Assembly (NCBI GenBank): GCA_041690135.1
Contig: JAWLHY010000003.1
Location: forward strand, 672,001 to 736,000
Length of the DNA stretch: 64,000 nt
DNA from: Armatimonadota bacterium
GTDB lineage: Bacteria; Armatimonadota; SYMT01
Direction of reading: 5' to 3'
In this document: one piece after another, positions 10,505-19,690 of the stretch
Numbering within the stretch: the first letter of the stretch is position 1
Layout: each line of letters starts with the position of its first letter
Position numbers and translations under genes: made by a program
Notes under the pieces: model-generated
What the model saw: only the letters and a program-made list of their open reading frames with translations
What the model was told of the DNA's origin: nothing
Databases searched by the model: none

Positions 10505-10834
10505 GTGTCCGGATCGCATGAGGTGCAGCAGATGATCCCACGGGGAGAGGTCCAGCGTTTCGCGCGTCGGCTGTTGAAGAGCCGGGAGTTCGCGCTCATT
10601 GGCGAGTTCGGCGCCGGCTACACGGAATTGCTGGACGGGTTCGAGACCGCCCAGGTCGAGGCCGCGGCCGACGTGCCGGGAGCGGCCGTTCTGGCCGCGG
10701 AATACCGGCTGGCGCTAGACATCTACTGCCAGGCCTTTGGCGTGCGGGAACTGCCGGAAGCGGCAGCGGAAACCCCACCCGTCCGGCGCCGCAAGTTACG
10801 ACGAGGCCCCTCCTGGCGCCTTCGAGGTAGATAG
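10505..10834 (+). CDS. Hypothetical protein
   Basis: 109-aa ORF with plausible helical composition; start uncertain; no motif recognised. Confidence 0.5.
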   Translation: MSGSHEVQQMIPRGEVQRFARRLLKSREFALIGEFGAGYTELLDGFETAQVEAAADVPGAAVLAAEYRLALDIYCQAFGVRELPEAAAETPPVRRRKLRRGPSWRLRGR

Positions 10835-11055
10835 TAGCGCCCGCCCAGCGCCACAGTGGGAATGATTCTGGAAAGAGGTGGCGGCCGCTGCCCCAGTACA
10901 GGCAAAAGTAGGGCGGGATCTCCGCCCCCGCGGGGCATTGGGCTAGCACCCGTCGTGCCGTTCCATTCCGCAGCCTGTAAAGCTGATCCCGTTCGGCCAA
11001 ACCGTGGGAGCTTCCAGACCGAAACCTCACCGTTTTGCCTGCCCGGATCGGCCCT

Positions 11056-11655
11056 TCAGGAGCCGTTGGCCTCGCGCCACCAACACTGCGCGGTTTGGAA
11101 GAACTCCTCGGCCGCTTCCGGAGAGGGAAAGGCCGACTTGGGAATGAGCGTGGTGGCGCCGGCCCGCCAGTAGATGAGGAGGTGCGAGCGGGTATTGCCC
11201 ACGTCCTGCACGTGTTGCCACACGATACGCGTGGTGCCCACGCCTTCCGTCCAGCCGCCCACCAGTTCGGGGGTAATCCAGGCGGTGTGCGGCCCGCGGA
11301 AGCGGGGGTTCTTCCGGGCCTGCCAGCGCACCAGCAGCGGCAGCATGAAGGCGATCCCGAAGATGACCGCCGCCATCAGCGCGATGCCCGCGGAAGGCCC
11401 GATGGTCAGGCCCAGGCCCACGTTCATCATCATGAAGAAAAAGAAGGCGAGCGGCATGCGCCGCCGGACGACCGGGTGACCGAGAAAGCCGTAGAAGTAA
11501 CCGGCCAGCGCGTCCCCCTCGTCCAGTTCGAACCGGACTTTCAGCCGTTCTTCCCCGTCAGCTTCCTCCGCGGCAGGCTCTGTCGCGGCGTCCGGCTCCC
11601 CCTGCCTCGCTTCCATCTCCGCCGAGCGTTCTTCCCTCAACTCTTCATCCGTCAT
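11056..11655 (-). CDS. YcxB-like membrane protein
   Basis: Two TM segments followed by 'W..V.DV....HLLIY.....LIPKSAFPSPEAAEEF', typical of YcxB-like proteins. ATG at 11655 chosen over the upstream GTG. Confidence 0.7.
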   Translation of the reverse strand: MTDEELREERSAEMEARQGEPDAATEPAAEEADGEERLKVRFELDEGDALAGYFYGFLGHPVVRRRMPLAFFFFMMMNVGLGLTIGPSAGIALMAAVIFGIAFMLPLLVRWQARKNPRFRGPHTAWITPELVGGWTEGVGTTRIVWQHVQDVGNTRSHLLIYWRAGATTLIPKSAFPSPEAAEEFFQTAQCWWREANGS

Positions 11656-11786
11656 CCCAATCCTCCAACCGGCGCGGGCGAGGCTCCGGTGAAGTGCCGG
11701 CCGCGGGGACACCTACTATCTCATCACAAGGAGTCGTTTTCGGCCGGTCGGAATGGCCGCGCGGGTAAACGGACGGGTGCGTATAA

Positions 11787-12086
11787 TTAGCCGGCGCGCC
11801 GATGCGCCAGACCGCCGGAGACAAGTGTCTTCAGGAACTCATCCACGTCGACACGCGCGGTCTCCGGTGACACGTCGTATTCCGCGCAGAGGGCGTTCAC
11901 CATTTCCGGGAGCGTGGGACGTTCGGCCAGCAAGGTCCAGAGGGTGGAACCGACCTCGTCGAGGGTGTAGATCGCTTCCAGGTCGCCGACCCGACCGCGT
12001 ACCGGAACGAGGATCGTCTCGCCGCCGATCCGGCGCATCACCAGGTTGGGATCCCGTTCGTAGCGGGCTTCTTCATTCATTGCCAT
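11787..12086 (-). CDS. PqqD-family RiPP recognition element (RRE)
   Basis: RRIGGETILVPV...IYTLDEVGSTLWTLL...LCAEYDVSPETARVDVDEFL is the canonical stand-alone PqqD pattern; overlaps the upstream NTase stop. Confidence 0.92.
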   Translation of the reverse strand: MAMNEEARYERDPNLVMRRIGGETILVPVRGRVGDLEAIYTLDEVGSTLWTLLAERPTLPEMVNALCAEYDVSPETARVDVDEFLKTLVSGGLAHRRAG

Positions 12087-13308
12087 TCCCCGTTGCTTCT
12101 CTCTTCCGCCGCATGGCCGCTTTGAAACTCCCCACGACGCCGTGCGCACGTCGCCGGAAAAAATGAGCTCGCCACGGGCCGATCGGCTCGGTGGGGGCCA
12201 GGGCGTAACGCCAGCGGAGGTGCGCCTCCGAAGGAAACGCCTGCCGGATCAGGTAGCGACCGCGTGCCGCCCATCCCCGGATCTCCCCCACCGCCGCCAG
12301 CCGGTCGCGACACGTCTCCCAGGCGCGCGCCTCTCGCCGTGCGGAGCCGGTTGCCAGGCGTTCCCACGCCCACTCCGGGGCTTGCTGCGGCCAATCGGGT
12401 CCGCTGACGCCGAGGTATGCCGCGAGCACCCTGCACACCTGGCCCAACTCTCGCTCGATACCCCAGCGCTCCGCGCACTGCCGGAGCTCGTTCCACGCCA
12501 CGGTTTCCGGGTGGCGCCGGGCTAAAAGCGCCAGATCGACCAGCCAGGCCAGCGGCGCGAAATCCTCTTCCAGGTGACGCACGTAGTGGACCGCTCCGTG
12601 GAGAAAGAAGTGCCGCCAGGCCAACCGGTGGACGGGTATTCCGTCCAGTTCGTCGGGCGTCGCCGCTCCCCACAGGTCCCGTAGAGCGGCCTCGCGGCGC
12701 CCGCGCGACCCGAGCACCTGGAGGTGCAGTTCCACCGGCAGGGACCCGGTGCGTACATAAGGGGGGAAGTGGGTCCGCCGCGCCTTGACCTGCTCCTCTT
12801 CAGGGGAGGTGCTGGAGGCCAGGGGCGCATAGCCCAGGTCGAGCAGCGTGCGGCACGCGGCTTCGGCCTGTTCCGGCCGTACGAGAAGATCGAGATCTCC
12901 CAGAGCCCGCTGCTCCAGCTCCGGGTAGAGCCACGTCAGCGCGGCCGCTCCCTTGAGTGGGAGCACCCGGATGCCGGCCTCCGCGGCGGTGCTGGCGATC
13001 TCGCGGGCCTGTTCCAGAGCCCGAAGGCTGCGGAGGTACTGCCCCTGCACGCAGCGGGTCCAGTCCGGAGGAAGCGAAGCTCCCAGGGCTTCCGCCGATA
13101 CCGCTCCCAACAGCCGGTGGTGCAGCACGGCGTGCCACAGCGCCACGGTGGGGGCGGTCGTCGGCAGGCCGGGAGAGGACGGCTCACCCGCCAGAGAGCG
13201 GCAGAGCCGGAGGAGGACGGCCGGAACACCGTCCTCCTCCGGCTCGTTCGCCGGTGTGTTTGTGTCAGCGCGGTCGTGACCGCCGCGGGTTTCCCTTCGC
13301 AGGTTCAC
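12073..13308 (-). CDS. Nucleotidyltransferase family protein (RiPP/lasso-cluster-associated type)
   Basis: LPLKGAA...YP....R.LGDLDLLV, VELH and WLVDL motifs of the uncharacterised nucleotidyltransferase family found in lasso and PqqD clusters. Confidence 0.88.
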   Translation of the reverse strand: MNLRRETRGGHDRADTNTPANEPEEDGVPAVLLRLCRSLAGEPSSPGLPTTAPTVALWHAVLHHRLLGAVSAEALGASLPPDWTRCVQGQYLRSLRALEQAREIASTAAEAGIRVLPLKGAAALTWLYPELEQRALGDLDLLVRPEQAEAACRTLLDLGYAPLASSTSPEEEQVKARRTHFPPYVRTGSLPVELHLQVLGSRGRREAALRDLWGAATPDELDGIPVHRLAWRHFFLHGAVHYVRHLEEDFAPLAWLVDLALLARRHPETVAWNELRQCAERWGIERELGQVCRVLAAYLGVSGPDWPQQAPEWAWERLATGSARREARAWETCRDRLAAVGEIRGWAARGRYLIRQAFPSEAHLRWRYALAPTEPIGPWRAHFFRRRAHGVVGSFKAAMRRKREATGNGNE

Positions 13309-13315
13309 GAGGCTG

Positions 13316-16300
13316 TTAGCGGATCCGCATGCTGGGGTCTCCGAAGAGCACCCAGGTCTTCCGCACGTCGGGATGTCCGGCGTCGTGCTTGGCGGCCAGC
13401 GCGGCCTCGCCCAGCGTGTACTGCCCCGCGAACAGATAACCGTAGAACTGCAGGTTCAGCTCCATCTGCGCCGTCGGCAGGCTGGTTCCGGAGGAGGTGA
13501 ACGCCGCCACGGCCCCGCCGTTCGGCGTGTTCACCAGCGCCTCGGCCAGGCAGTCCCGGAACACGTCGTTGAACAACCCGTTGAGGCAGGTCATGCTCAC
13601 GAATAGCGGCAGGCGGGTCCCGTTCCCCAGGCGGCCGGCATCCCCCGCGGTGAGCACGTCGCCGCGCCAGCCGTCGTCCGTGCCGTGGCCCAGGTAGTTC
13701 ACGATGAGCTGACCGCCGCCGAGGGCGGACAGCAACTGCGGACGGGTCGCACCGCCGCTCTCGCCACGCAGGATCTGCTGCGAGGAGAGCAGGTTGGGCA
13801 GGTAGGAAGAGAGGATCCCCACCCCCTCGGTGAAGCTGTAGCCGGCATCGTCGGCATCGCCCACCAGAAGCACCTGCTTCCGCCAGGCTTCCGCCTTGTT
13901 CCCCTGGTCGTAGCCCACGATCTTGCTGATCACCGCCGTGGCGGCCGCCGCCGTGCGGACCGGCAGTCGGCCGGTGGGGAGGTTGCCGACCCCGTCACCG
14001 TCCCAGTCCGTGAACCAGTCGTCCGAGGCCGTCTCGATCGTGCTGGTCGCCACGGTCATGGTCGGCAGGTAGTCGTGGTACCCCCGGCCCAGGTAGTTTC
14101 GCGGGTCGTAGCTCGCGTCGCCCACCAGCAGGACGAACCGGGGCGCTTTGCTCCAGTTCTGCTGGGTGAACGCCAGGAAGTCCCGGAGAGCGTGCGGGCT
14201 CTTATGGCCGAACGCGAACTCGTCGTAGACGTCTTCCACGTCCACCACCGCCACCGCCAGCCCCTGCGCCTGCCGCAGGTTCTTCAGTGCCGTGACGCTG
14301 CTCCGGAAGTCTCGGTGTGCCAGGATCACCAGATCGGCGCCGTTGCTCCCCTGGGTGAGGGCGGAAGGCTCATTCGCGGTCACCGCCACGGGGGCCAGCA
14401 GTTGGTCCTTCCGGAACGCCACGAGCACCCGGGTCTGGCCCAGGCCGCCGGGCACGGTGGCGGTAAAGGTGTACTCCCGGCGCTTCTTCCGGAACTTGCC
14501 CAGGACTTCGATGGGCGACTCGGGGTTCGTGACGTCGAAGACCCGCACCGTGGAGCGGGTGAAGCCGCCCACGCTGATCGCCTTTCCGCCCGGCGCCGTA
14601 AACACCAGGCTGTCGCCGCTGGCCTGGTAGGCACGGGTGTAGGTGAGGCGGAGGGTATCGACCAGGCTCACGTCCGAGGCGCCGCCCAGGGCCTGCAGGG
14701 TGACCGTGTTGGCGCCATCCTGCAGCAGGGCCGCCGCGACCGGGAAGAGCGCGGAGCGGTTCTCGTGGCCGTCGAAGGCAACCTCTCCCACCACCGTGCC
14801 GTTCAGGCGGACCTGGACGCGATGGTCCTCCGTGCCGGCGAGAGCGGTCACGCCCTGCAGCACCACCTGAAGCTGGGCGGGGTCGCTGGCGCCCGCCGCC
14901 ACGCCGGAGAGGGTGAGGGTCTGGTTCAGGGACTGGGAGTTCACCACGGGGCCGAAGAAGTTGTCGGTTTCACCGTTCAACAGCGCGGCGAACCGGATGG
15001 TGCGATCCTTCCGCTCGACCGTGGAGCGGAAGCTGGCCGGCACCTCGCCGGTGCCGGACCCGCGCACCTGCGGCACCCGGCCGCCCGCACCGGAGCCGGA
15101 GACCAGCCAGTAGGTGCGCACGTCCGTAAAGGCGGTGTCGAGGCCGCGCCCGTAGAACTCCACTGTATCGCGGGACTGGAAGCGGCCGTCCCGCTCGCCC
15201 ATCACCAGGAGCGGCACCTCCACCCCGTCCGCGAACAACCGGAAGGTGCGGGGATCGACGCGCTTGTTCACCCCGGCGGCCAGGAGCTGCTTGTAAGTCA
15301 GCTTGACCCAACCCTCGCCGCGGATCTGCACCTTCACCGCGGCCCCACCGGCGAGGCCCTTCTGCACGGAAGCCTGCCGGGTGCGCGGCACGCGCCGCCC
15401 GGGCACGGTTGCCAGCCGGATGGGTCCTTCGTAAACGCCCGGCTCCTCTCCCGCCTCCTGGGGCAGTTCACCCAGGGTCGGGGAAGCCTGGAGCGCCTGC
15501 CGAGAGGCCGGACCGTCCGTCACATAGAAGGGGCCATGCAGCGTGCGGTGACCGTTGAGGTCCACGTCTTCCAGGAAATACTGGCCGCCGGGCTTGGGGT
15601 CCCACCACGTATAGGAACGGCCGGCTTGCAGGGCCACCCCCCGGGCCAGGAGCGCGGAGCCGGCAATCAAGTTCCGGTTCACGCGGGTATCGGGGCCCAC
15701 GTCTTCACGGTAGAGGTTGAACCCGAGGTTATCCACCTCGTGGCCCGTCTTCCACTCCAGGGCCACGCCGCCCTGGGTGCGGGAGGCGCGGAACTCCTGC
15801 AGCCGGATGGCGCTGGGGGAGAAAGTGTAGGCCGGGTCCTGCGGGCCGAACTGCACCGGCGGGATATCCGCCAGGCCGAACACGCCGTAGATGTCCGGCC
15901 CCAGGTCGCCGGTCTGGGCCGAGATCCGCACGCCGACGATCGCCTGCACCGGGGTGACGTTGAAAAGGTCGCTAAGGTCGACCCCCATGGCCCCCAGTTG
16001 TTGGCCGCTGCCGATCTCGAAGGTGTCGATGTAGATGCCGGTGGCGTAGGAGGGCGTGCCGTTGGTATCTACCAGAAGCTGCACATCGCCCAGGATCGGG
16101 TTATCGAGCGTGCCGCCGGCAAGAATCGCCTCCACGTGCAGCATGGAGTTGCGGCCGCGCTCCAGGAACAGCAGCTCGGGAACGGCGTCCAGCGCCGCGG
16201 GGTTGTTGTCGCTGACGGTCTTGGTGAAATACAGGTCGTAGGCGAACCTGTCGGTCTCGCCGTCCGTCCCTTCCACCAGCGAGTAGCTGTTGTAGGCCGA

Positions 16301-16807
16301 CCGGATCGCCAGGTCCTGGTAGGGATAGGTGGTGGAGTCGTTCGCGGCCGTGCCCCCTTCCGCAACGAGCCCGGCCTTCACGAACGGGTTAGCGTTGCCG
16401 TCGTCATCCGTATCCTGATCCCCGTACTCCGCGTTCACATTGATCTCGGTGCCCGCATACACGCCGGTACGCCGGACCACCGCCTGCTGGGCATGGATTC
16501 CCTCGTTGGTCGCGTCGTCGCTGGTGACGGTGAAGACGGTGGCTCCAAAGGTGACCGTGCTCAGATAGACGTCGTCGACAAAGGGAAGTCCGGAAGTCCC
16601 GTCGCGGCCCAGCGCGGTGTTCCGGCTGCCGGAGGGCACAGTGACGGTCAGCCCCGTCGGGGCAAAGGGGGCCGCCTGGACGGGGGAACTCCCCAGCGTC
16701 AAGAGGGCGATGGAGGCCAGGGGGGCAAAGAGCGACACGGCCCGGGAAACTCCCGCGGTCTGTCTTCGGAGGAAGCGTGCGATCATTCCAGTGCGTACCT
16801 CATTCAT
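13316..16807 (-). CDS. Secreted C25 (gingipain/PorU-like) cysteine peptidase with N-terminal surface domain
   Basis: Signal peptide ending VQA. C25 motifs DVYDEFAFG, FVLLVGDASYDP, GRLPV, catalytic VNYLGHG (His) and SMTCLNG (Cys), terminal LFGDP. Confidence 0.9.
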   Translation of the reverse strand: MNEVRTGMIARFLRRQTAGVSRAVSLFAPLASIALLTLGSSPVQAAPFAPTGLTVTVPSGSRNTALGRDGTSGLPFVDDVYLSTVTFGATVFTVTSDDATNEGIHAQQAVVRRTGVYAGTEINVNAEYGDQDTDDDGNANPFVKAGLVAEGGTAANDSTTYPYQDLAIRSAYNSYSLVEGTDGETDRFAYDLYFTKTVSDNNPAALDAVPELLFLERGRNSMLHVEAILAGGTLDNPILGDVQLLVDTNGTPSYATGIYIDTFEIGSGQQLGAMGVDLSDLFNVTPVQAIVGVRISAQTGDLGPDIYGVFGLADIPPVQFGPQDPAYTFSPSAIRLQEFRASRTQGGVALEWKTGHEVDNLGFNLYREDVGPDTRVNRNLIAGSALLARGVALQAGRSYTWWDPKPGGQYFLEDVDLNGHRTLHGPFYVTDGPASRQALQASPTLGELPQEAGEEPGVYEGPIRLATVPGRRVPRTRQASVQKGLAGGAAVKVQIRGEGWVKLTYKQLLAAGVNKRVDPRTFRLFADGVEVPLLVMGERDGRFQSRDTVEFYGRGLDTAFTDVRTYWLVSGSGAGGRVPQVRGSGTGEVPASFRSTVERKDRTIRFAALLNGETDNFFGPVVNSQSLNQTLTLSGVAAGASDPAQLQVVLQGVTALAGTEDHRVQVRLNGTVVGEVAFDGHENRSALFPVAAALLQDGANTVTLQALGGASDVSLVDTLRLTYTRAYQASGDSLVFTAPGGKAISVGGFTRSTVRVFDVTNPESPIEVLGKFRKKRREYTFTATVPGGLGQTRVLVAFRKDQLLAPVAVTANEPSALTQGSNGADLVILAHRDFRSSVTALKNLRQAQGLAVAVVDVEDVYDEFAFGHKSPHALRDFLAFTQQNWSKAPRFVLLVGDASYDPRNYLGRGYHDYLPTMTVATSTIETASDDWFTDWDGDGVGNLPTGRLPVRTAAAATAVISKIVGYDQGNKAEAWRKQVLLVGDADDAGYSFTEGVGILSSYLPNLLSSQQILRGESGGATRPQLLSALGGGQLIVNYLGHGTDDGWRGDVLTAGDAGRLGNGTRLPLFVSMTCLNGLFNDVFRDCLAEALVNTPNGGAVAAFTSSGTSLPTAQMELNLQFYGYLFAGQYTLGEAALAAKHDAGHPDVRKTWVLFGDPSMRIR

Positions 16808-17305
16808 TTACTCGGCCGTGGCGAAACGGTCGGCCCGCTGCGGGCTGCCGACGCGGGCCAGGAGGGTGTTTCCGAACCGCCGGAGCGGCCGGAGGAGTGC
16901 CCGGAGCGAGCGAGGACACCGCGCCCGGATCACCCGCAAGTAGTTGGGGGAAGTCAGATCGAGCGGTTCGCCGTCCCGCTCAACGGCCGTAACCCGGCCC
17001 AGGACCGCCGAGGCGGGCACCGGAGCGTCCGGCTGGTCGGTGGCATCCCCGTGGAAGAGATAGCCGGTCTCCCCGGAGGGCAGCCTCACCCGCCCCACCA
17101 GGCGATGGGCCGTCAGCCAGTCCCGGCCCTGAAAGAGGAAGATTCGGCCGATCTGCGCCTCTTCGAGCGCTACCGGTTGAACCAGTAGGACCTCGCCGGA
17201 GCGGATCGCCGGCTCCATGCTGCCGCCTTCGGCCCGGAAGCGGATCTCGTAGCCGGCGCGGAGCAGTTCCGTGCTGATGCGGTCGAAACGAAGCAGTTGC
17301 TGCAT
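16808..17305 (-). CDS. S24/S26-family peptidase (signal-peptidase-like, soluble)
   Basis: FRAEGGSMEPAI (catalytic Ser), AHRLV (His), GD...D.PV....VLGRV; abuts both neighbours with no gap. Confidence 0.85.
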   Translation of the reverse strand: MQQLLRFDRISTELLRAGYEIRFRAEGGSMEPAIRSGEVLLVQPVALEEAQIGRIFLFQGRDWLTAHRLVGRVRLPSGETGYLFHGDATDQPDAPVPASAVLGRVTAVERDGEPLDLTSPNYLRVIRARCPRSLRALLRPLRRFGNTLLARVGSPQRADRFATAE

Positions 17306-18247
17306 CTAGGCGGCTCCATGCCAGGCCCGGACCGCCGCGATGGCGGAGTGGTCCGGAACGAAATGAAAATCGAGCGCGGGGACGGTCTCTGCCAGGTCCT
17401 GCAAGGAGTCCAGGGTGAGTTGCAAGCCCTCCGGGTCATAGAACGGAGGGAAGCTCGCCGCGAACAGCCGGGCCACCGCTTCCGTCACGGGCAGCAGCCG
17501 GAGCGTGTTGCCCGGCCCGTGGTGAAGGAAGAAGAGCCCATCCAACCGGGCGCTTCCCGGTTCGGCGGTGCCGGCGTCGCTCTGCCAGGGCGTTCCGTAG
17601 ACCCGCAACTCCTCTCCCCGCCTCCGGACGACCACCCGATCGTCCGCCAGGACGGTGGCGCCGCTCTCGCGAGTCCACAGCCGGGCCAGCGTGCTCTTCC
17701 CCTGGCCGGAGGCGCCCACGAACAACAGGCCCGCCCCGCATGTCAATCGCACCGCACACCCGTGCAGCTCCACTCCGCCCCGCCGGGCCAGCAGGCGCAG
17801 CAGCAGGAGCTCATCCAACGGGGACTGGAGGGGATGAACCGGTTCATCCGGAGGAAAGGCACTCCGGCGCAGGAGCACCTCTCCCCGGCAACCGTCCCGG
17901 TCCAGCCGCGCGACCGCGAAGGGCCGGCTGCCGTGCCGGGGCGCGGCTAGCCGGAACTCCAGGTCTTCTCCCCGGTCGTAGAGCTTCCACACGGCGCCGG
18001 AGTCGAAGCGGAGCGGCAGGTCCGGAAGGGGCGTGTCCGTTCCCCAGCAGGCCGTGATCCGGCAGTCGGGCCGGGTGCTCTCCTTCGGGGTCAACTGGAA
18101 CTTCCGGGCCGTGCCGGTGGCAGCGGGCGCCAGATCGGGGGAGCCCGAGCGGACTGCCACGACCAGACCGCCGAGACCGAGAGTAAACCCGGGCGTGGAG
18201 GAACCCGCGCCCGGTACTGGAGGAGCTGCCATCATACCGCTGGACAC
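17306..18247 (-). CDS. HPr-kinase-like P-loop protein (ScmC / lasso-peptide kinase-like)
   Basis: LHGCAV...LFVGASGQGKSTL (Walker A), VLADDR and YGTPW motifs. Confidence 0.85.
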   Translation of the reverse strand: MSSGMMAAPPVPGAGSSTPGFTLGLGGLVVAVRSGSPDLAPAATGTARKFQLTPKESTRPDCRITACWGTDTPLPDLPLRFDSGAVWKLYDRGEDLEFRLAAPRHGSRPFAVARLDRDGCRGEVLLRRSAFPPDEPVHPLQSPLDELLLLRLLARRGGVELHGCAVRLTCGAGLLFVGASGQGKSTLARLWTRESGATVLADDRVVVRRRGEELRVYGTPWQSDAGTAEPGSARLDGLFFLHHGPGNTLRLLPVTEAVARLFAASFPPFYDPEGLQLTLDSLQDLAETVPALDFHFVPDHSAIAAVRAWHGAA

Positions 18248-18259
18248 GGGTGGGATGGA

Positions 18260-18439
18260 TCAGGAGCCGATGGTCAGGCACGCGGCCGGGGTCAGGCAGT
18301 CCACCTGCACCGGGCCGGAAACGCCGACGTTGCGGCAGGCGCCCAGCACCGCCTGCTCGGGCCGCAGCTCGACTCGCTGGATCTGGGGCTTCCGGTAGAC
18401 CTTTTTGGAGCCCGCGGCCCCGGTGGTTTCGTGTTCCAT
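18260..18439 (-). CDS. Putative RiPP precursor peptide, 59 aa (absent from the supplied ORF track)
   Basis: Manual translation: MEHETTGAAGSKKVYRKPQIQRVELRPEQAVLGACRNVGVSGPVQVDCLTPAACLTIGS*. YxxPxI RRE-binding leader motif, three Cys in the core, C-terminal Ser; lies between the rSAM and kinase genes in the same orientation. Confidence 0.88.
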   Translation of the reverse strand: MEHETTGAAGSKKVYRKPQIQRVELRPEQAVLGACRNVGVSGPVQVDCLTPAACLTIGS

Positions 18440-18472
18440 CTTGATTGTTTCTGTTTCTTTACGGAGTGGGGT

Positions 18473-19690
18473 TCAGCTCGCCTGGAGCACGGGAAGCGCT
18501 ACCCAGGGTCGCGTTTCCGCCTGCTCGACGCGGGAATGGAGCCGGCGCGCCTCCTCGGTGACTTGCGGGTACCGGGAGCCGCCTGCGCAGTAGTCGCAGT
18601 CGCCGTGCGGAGGCACCTCCGCCCCCAGGGCATGGGCGCGGAGGTGGGCGACGTGACAGTGAAAATCGACGGGTTCCTCTTTGTCGCCGTGGTTCAGCTC
18701 GCCGTTGGCGGGGCACATCCCGCACAGGAGCTTCAGGCGGCAGTGGGTGCACTTCGTCTCCCGGGTCCGCCGGGCGTCGCGCACCCCGCGCAGGAAACTC
18801 TCCCACCCCTCCCGGAAGCTGCCCCGGCGCAGGTCGTAGTGGTCCTGGTGCGAGATTACGCAGGCGCTCATCCGCCCATAGGGGTCCACGGCGAAGGAGC
18901 TCACCCCCGCCCCGCAGCTATAGACCTCCTCGGCGTGCACCGTCACCGGGAGCGGCTCGCCGATCCGCGCCGCCGTGTCCCGCCAGCCGGCCCGCCGGAC
19001 CGGGTCCTCCAGGTCCAGCTCCACCGCGTCTTCCGGCGTGAGGCGGACGGCCAGCGGACTGCTGGAGCAGTCGATCCGCGGGTTGAGCAGCGCGTCGAAC
19101 TTGAACTCCACGCCCCGGGCCTTGGCGAACTGCTTCATGGCGGCCAGCTCGTGGCGGTTCTGACGGGTGACCGTGGTCTTCAACCGAAGCGGCAAGTTCC
19201 GCTCCAGCAGCAGGTCGATGCCGCGGAGGCAGCGATCGTAGGAGCCGGGAACACCCGTCACGGCCTCGTACACCTCCCGCGTGGCCCCGTAGAGGGTGAT
19301 CTCCATGCGGAAGGGCGGCCATTCCGCAAGGGTGTCCGCAATCCGCGGCGTGATCAGGGTGCCGTTGGTGAAGAGGGTGATGAAGAAGCCGTGCTGCTTG
19401 GCGAGGATGTGGATATCCAGGAAATCCGGCCGCGCGAAGATCTCTCCCCCGGTCAACAGCAGCCAGAGGGTGCCGGCCTCCGCCATCTCCGCCATCAAGC
19501 GCGCGTACTCGGCCGTGGAGAGTTCGCGCTCGCGCGCCGCGGCATCCGCCATGGGGAGATTGTTGTAGCACATCCGGCATTCGAGGGGACACCGCAGCGT
19601 CACCTCCAGCGTCCCGCTCACCGGGATCCTTCCGGGCTCCACCTGGGACTTGAGCCGGTGGCCCCAGTCCATGTAACCAAGCTGCTCCAT
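18473..19690 (-). CDS. Radical SAM/SPASM-domain peptide maturase
   Basis: CPLECRMC (CxxxCxxC), LTGGE; SPASM cysteines CGAG...DPYG...AC, CTHC...LCGMCP, HC, plus an extra C-terminal CDYC. Confidence 0.95.
   Translation of the reverse strand: MEQLGYMDWGHRLKSQVEPGRIPVSGTLEVTLRCPLECRMCYNNLPMADAAARERELSTAEYARLMAEMAEAGTLWLLLTGGEIFARPDFLDIHILAKQHGFFITLFTNGTLITPRIADTLAEWPPFRMEITLYGATREVYEAVTGVPGSYDRCLRGIDLLLERNLPLRLKTTVTRQNRHELAAMKQFAKARGVEFKFDALLNPRIDCSSSPLAVRLTPEDAVELDLEDPVRRAGWRDTAARIGEPLPVTVHAEEVYSCGAGVSSFAVDPYGRMSACVISHQDHYDLRRGSFREGWESFLRGVRDARRTRETKCTHCRLKLLCGMCPANGELNHGDKEEPVDFHCHVAHLRAHALGAEVPPHGDCDYCAGGSRYPQVTEEARRLHSRVEQAETRPWVALPVLQAS

Noticed and set aside
13685-17188. Long antisense ORFs (e.g. 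13685..17188+, 1992..4451-, 4054..6762-, 60599..62824+)
   Set aside because: Shadow frames of well-supported high-GC genes on the opposite strand, with no motifs of their own.
11787-19690. Lasso peptide or PQQ biosynthesis cluster
   Set aside because: No asparagine-synthetase-like cyclase or B2 protease, no pqqB/pqqC, and the precursor lacks the PqqA ExxxY motif.
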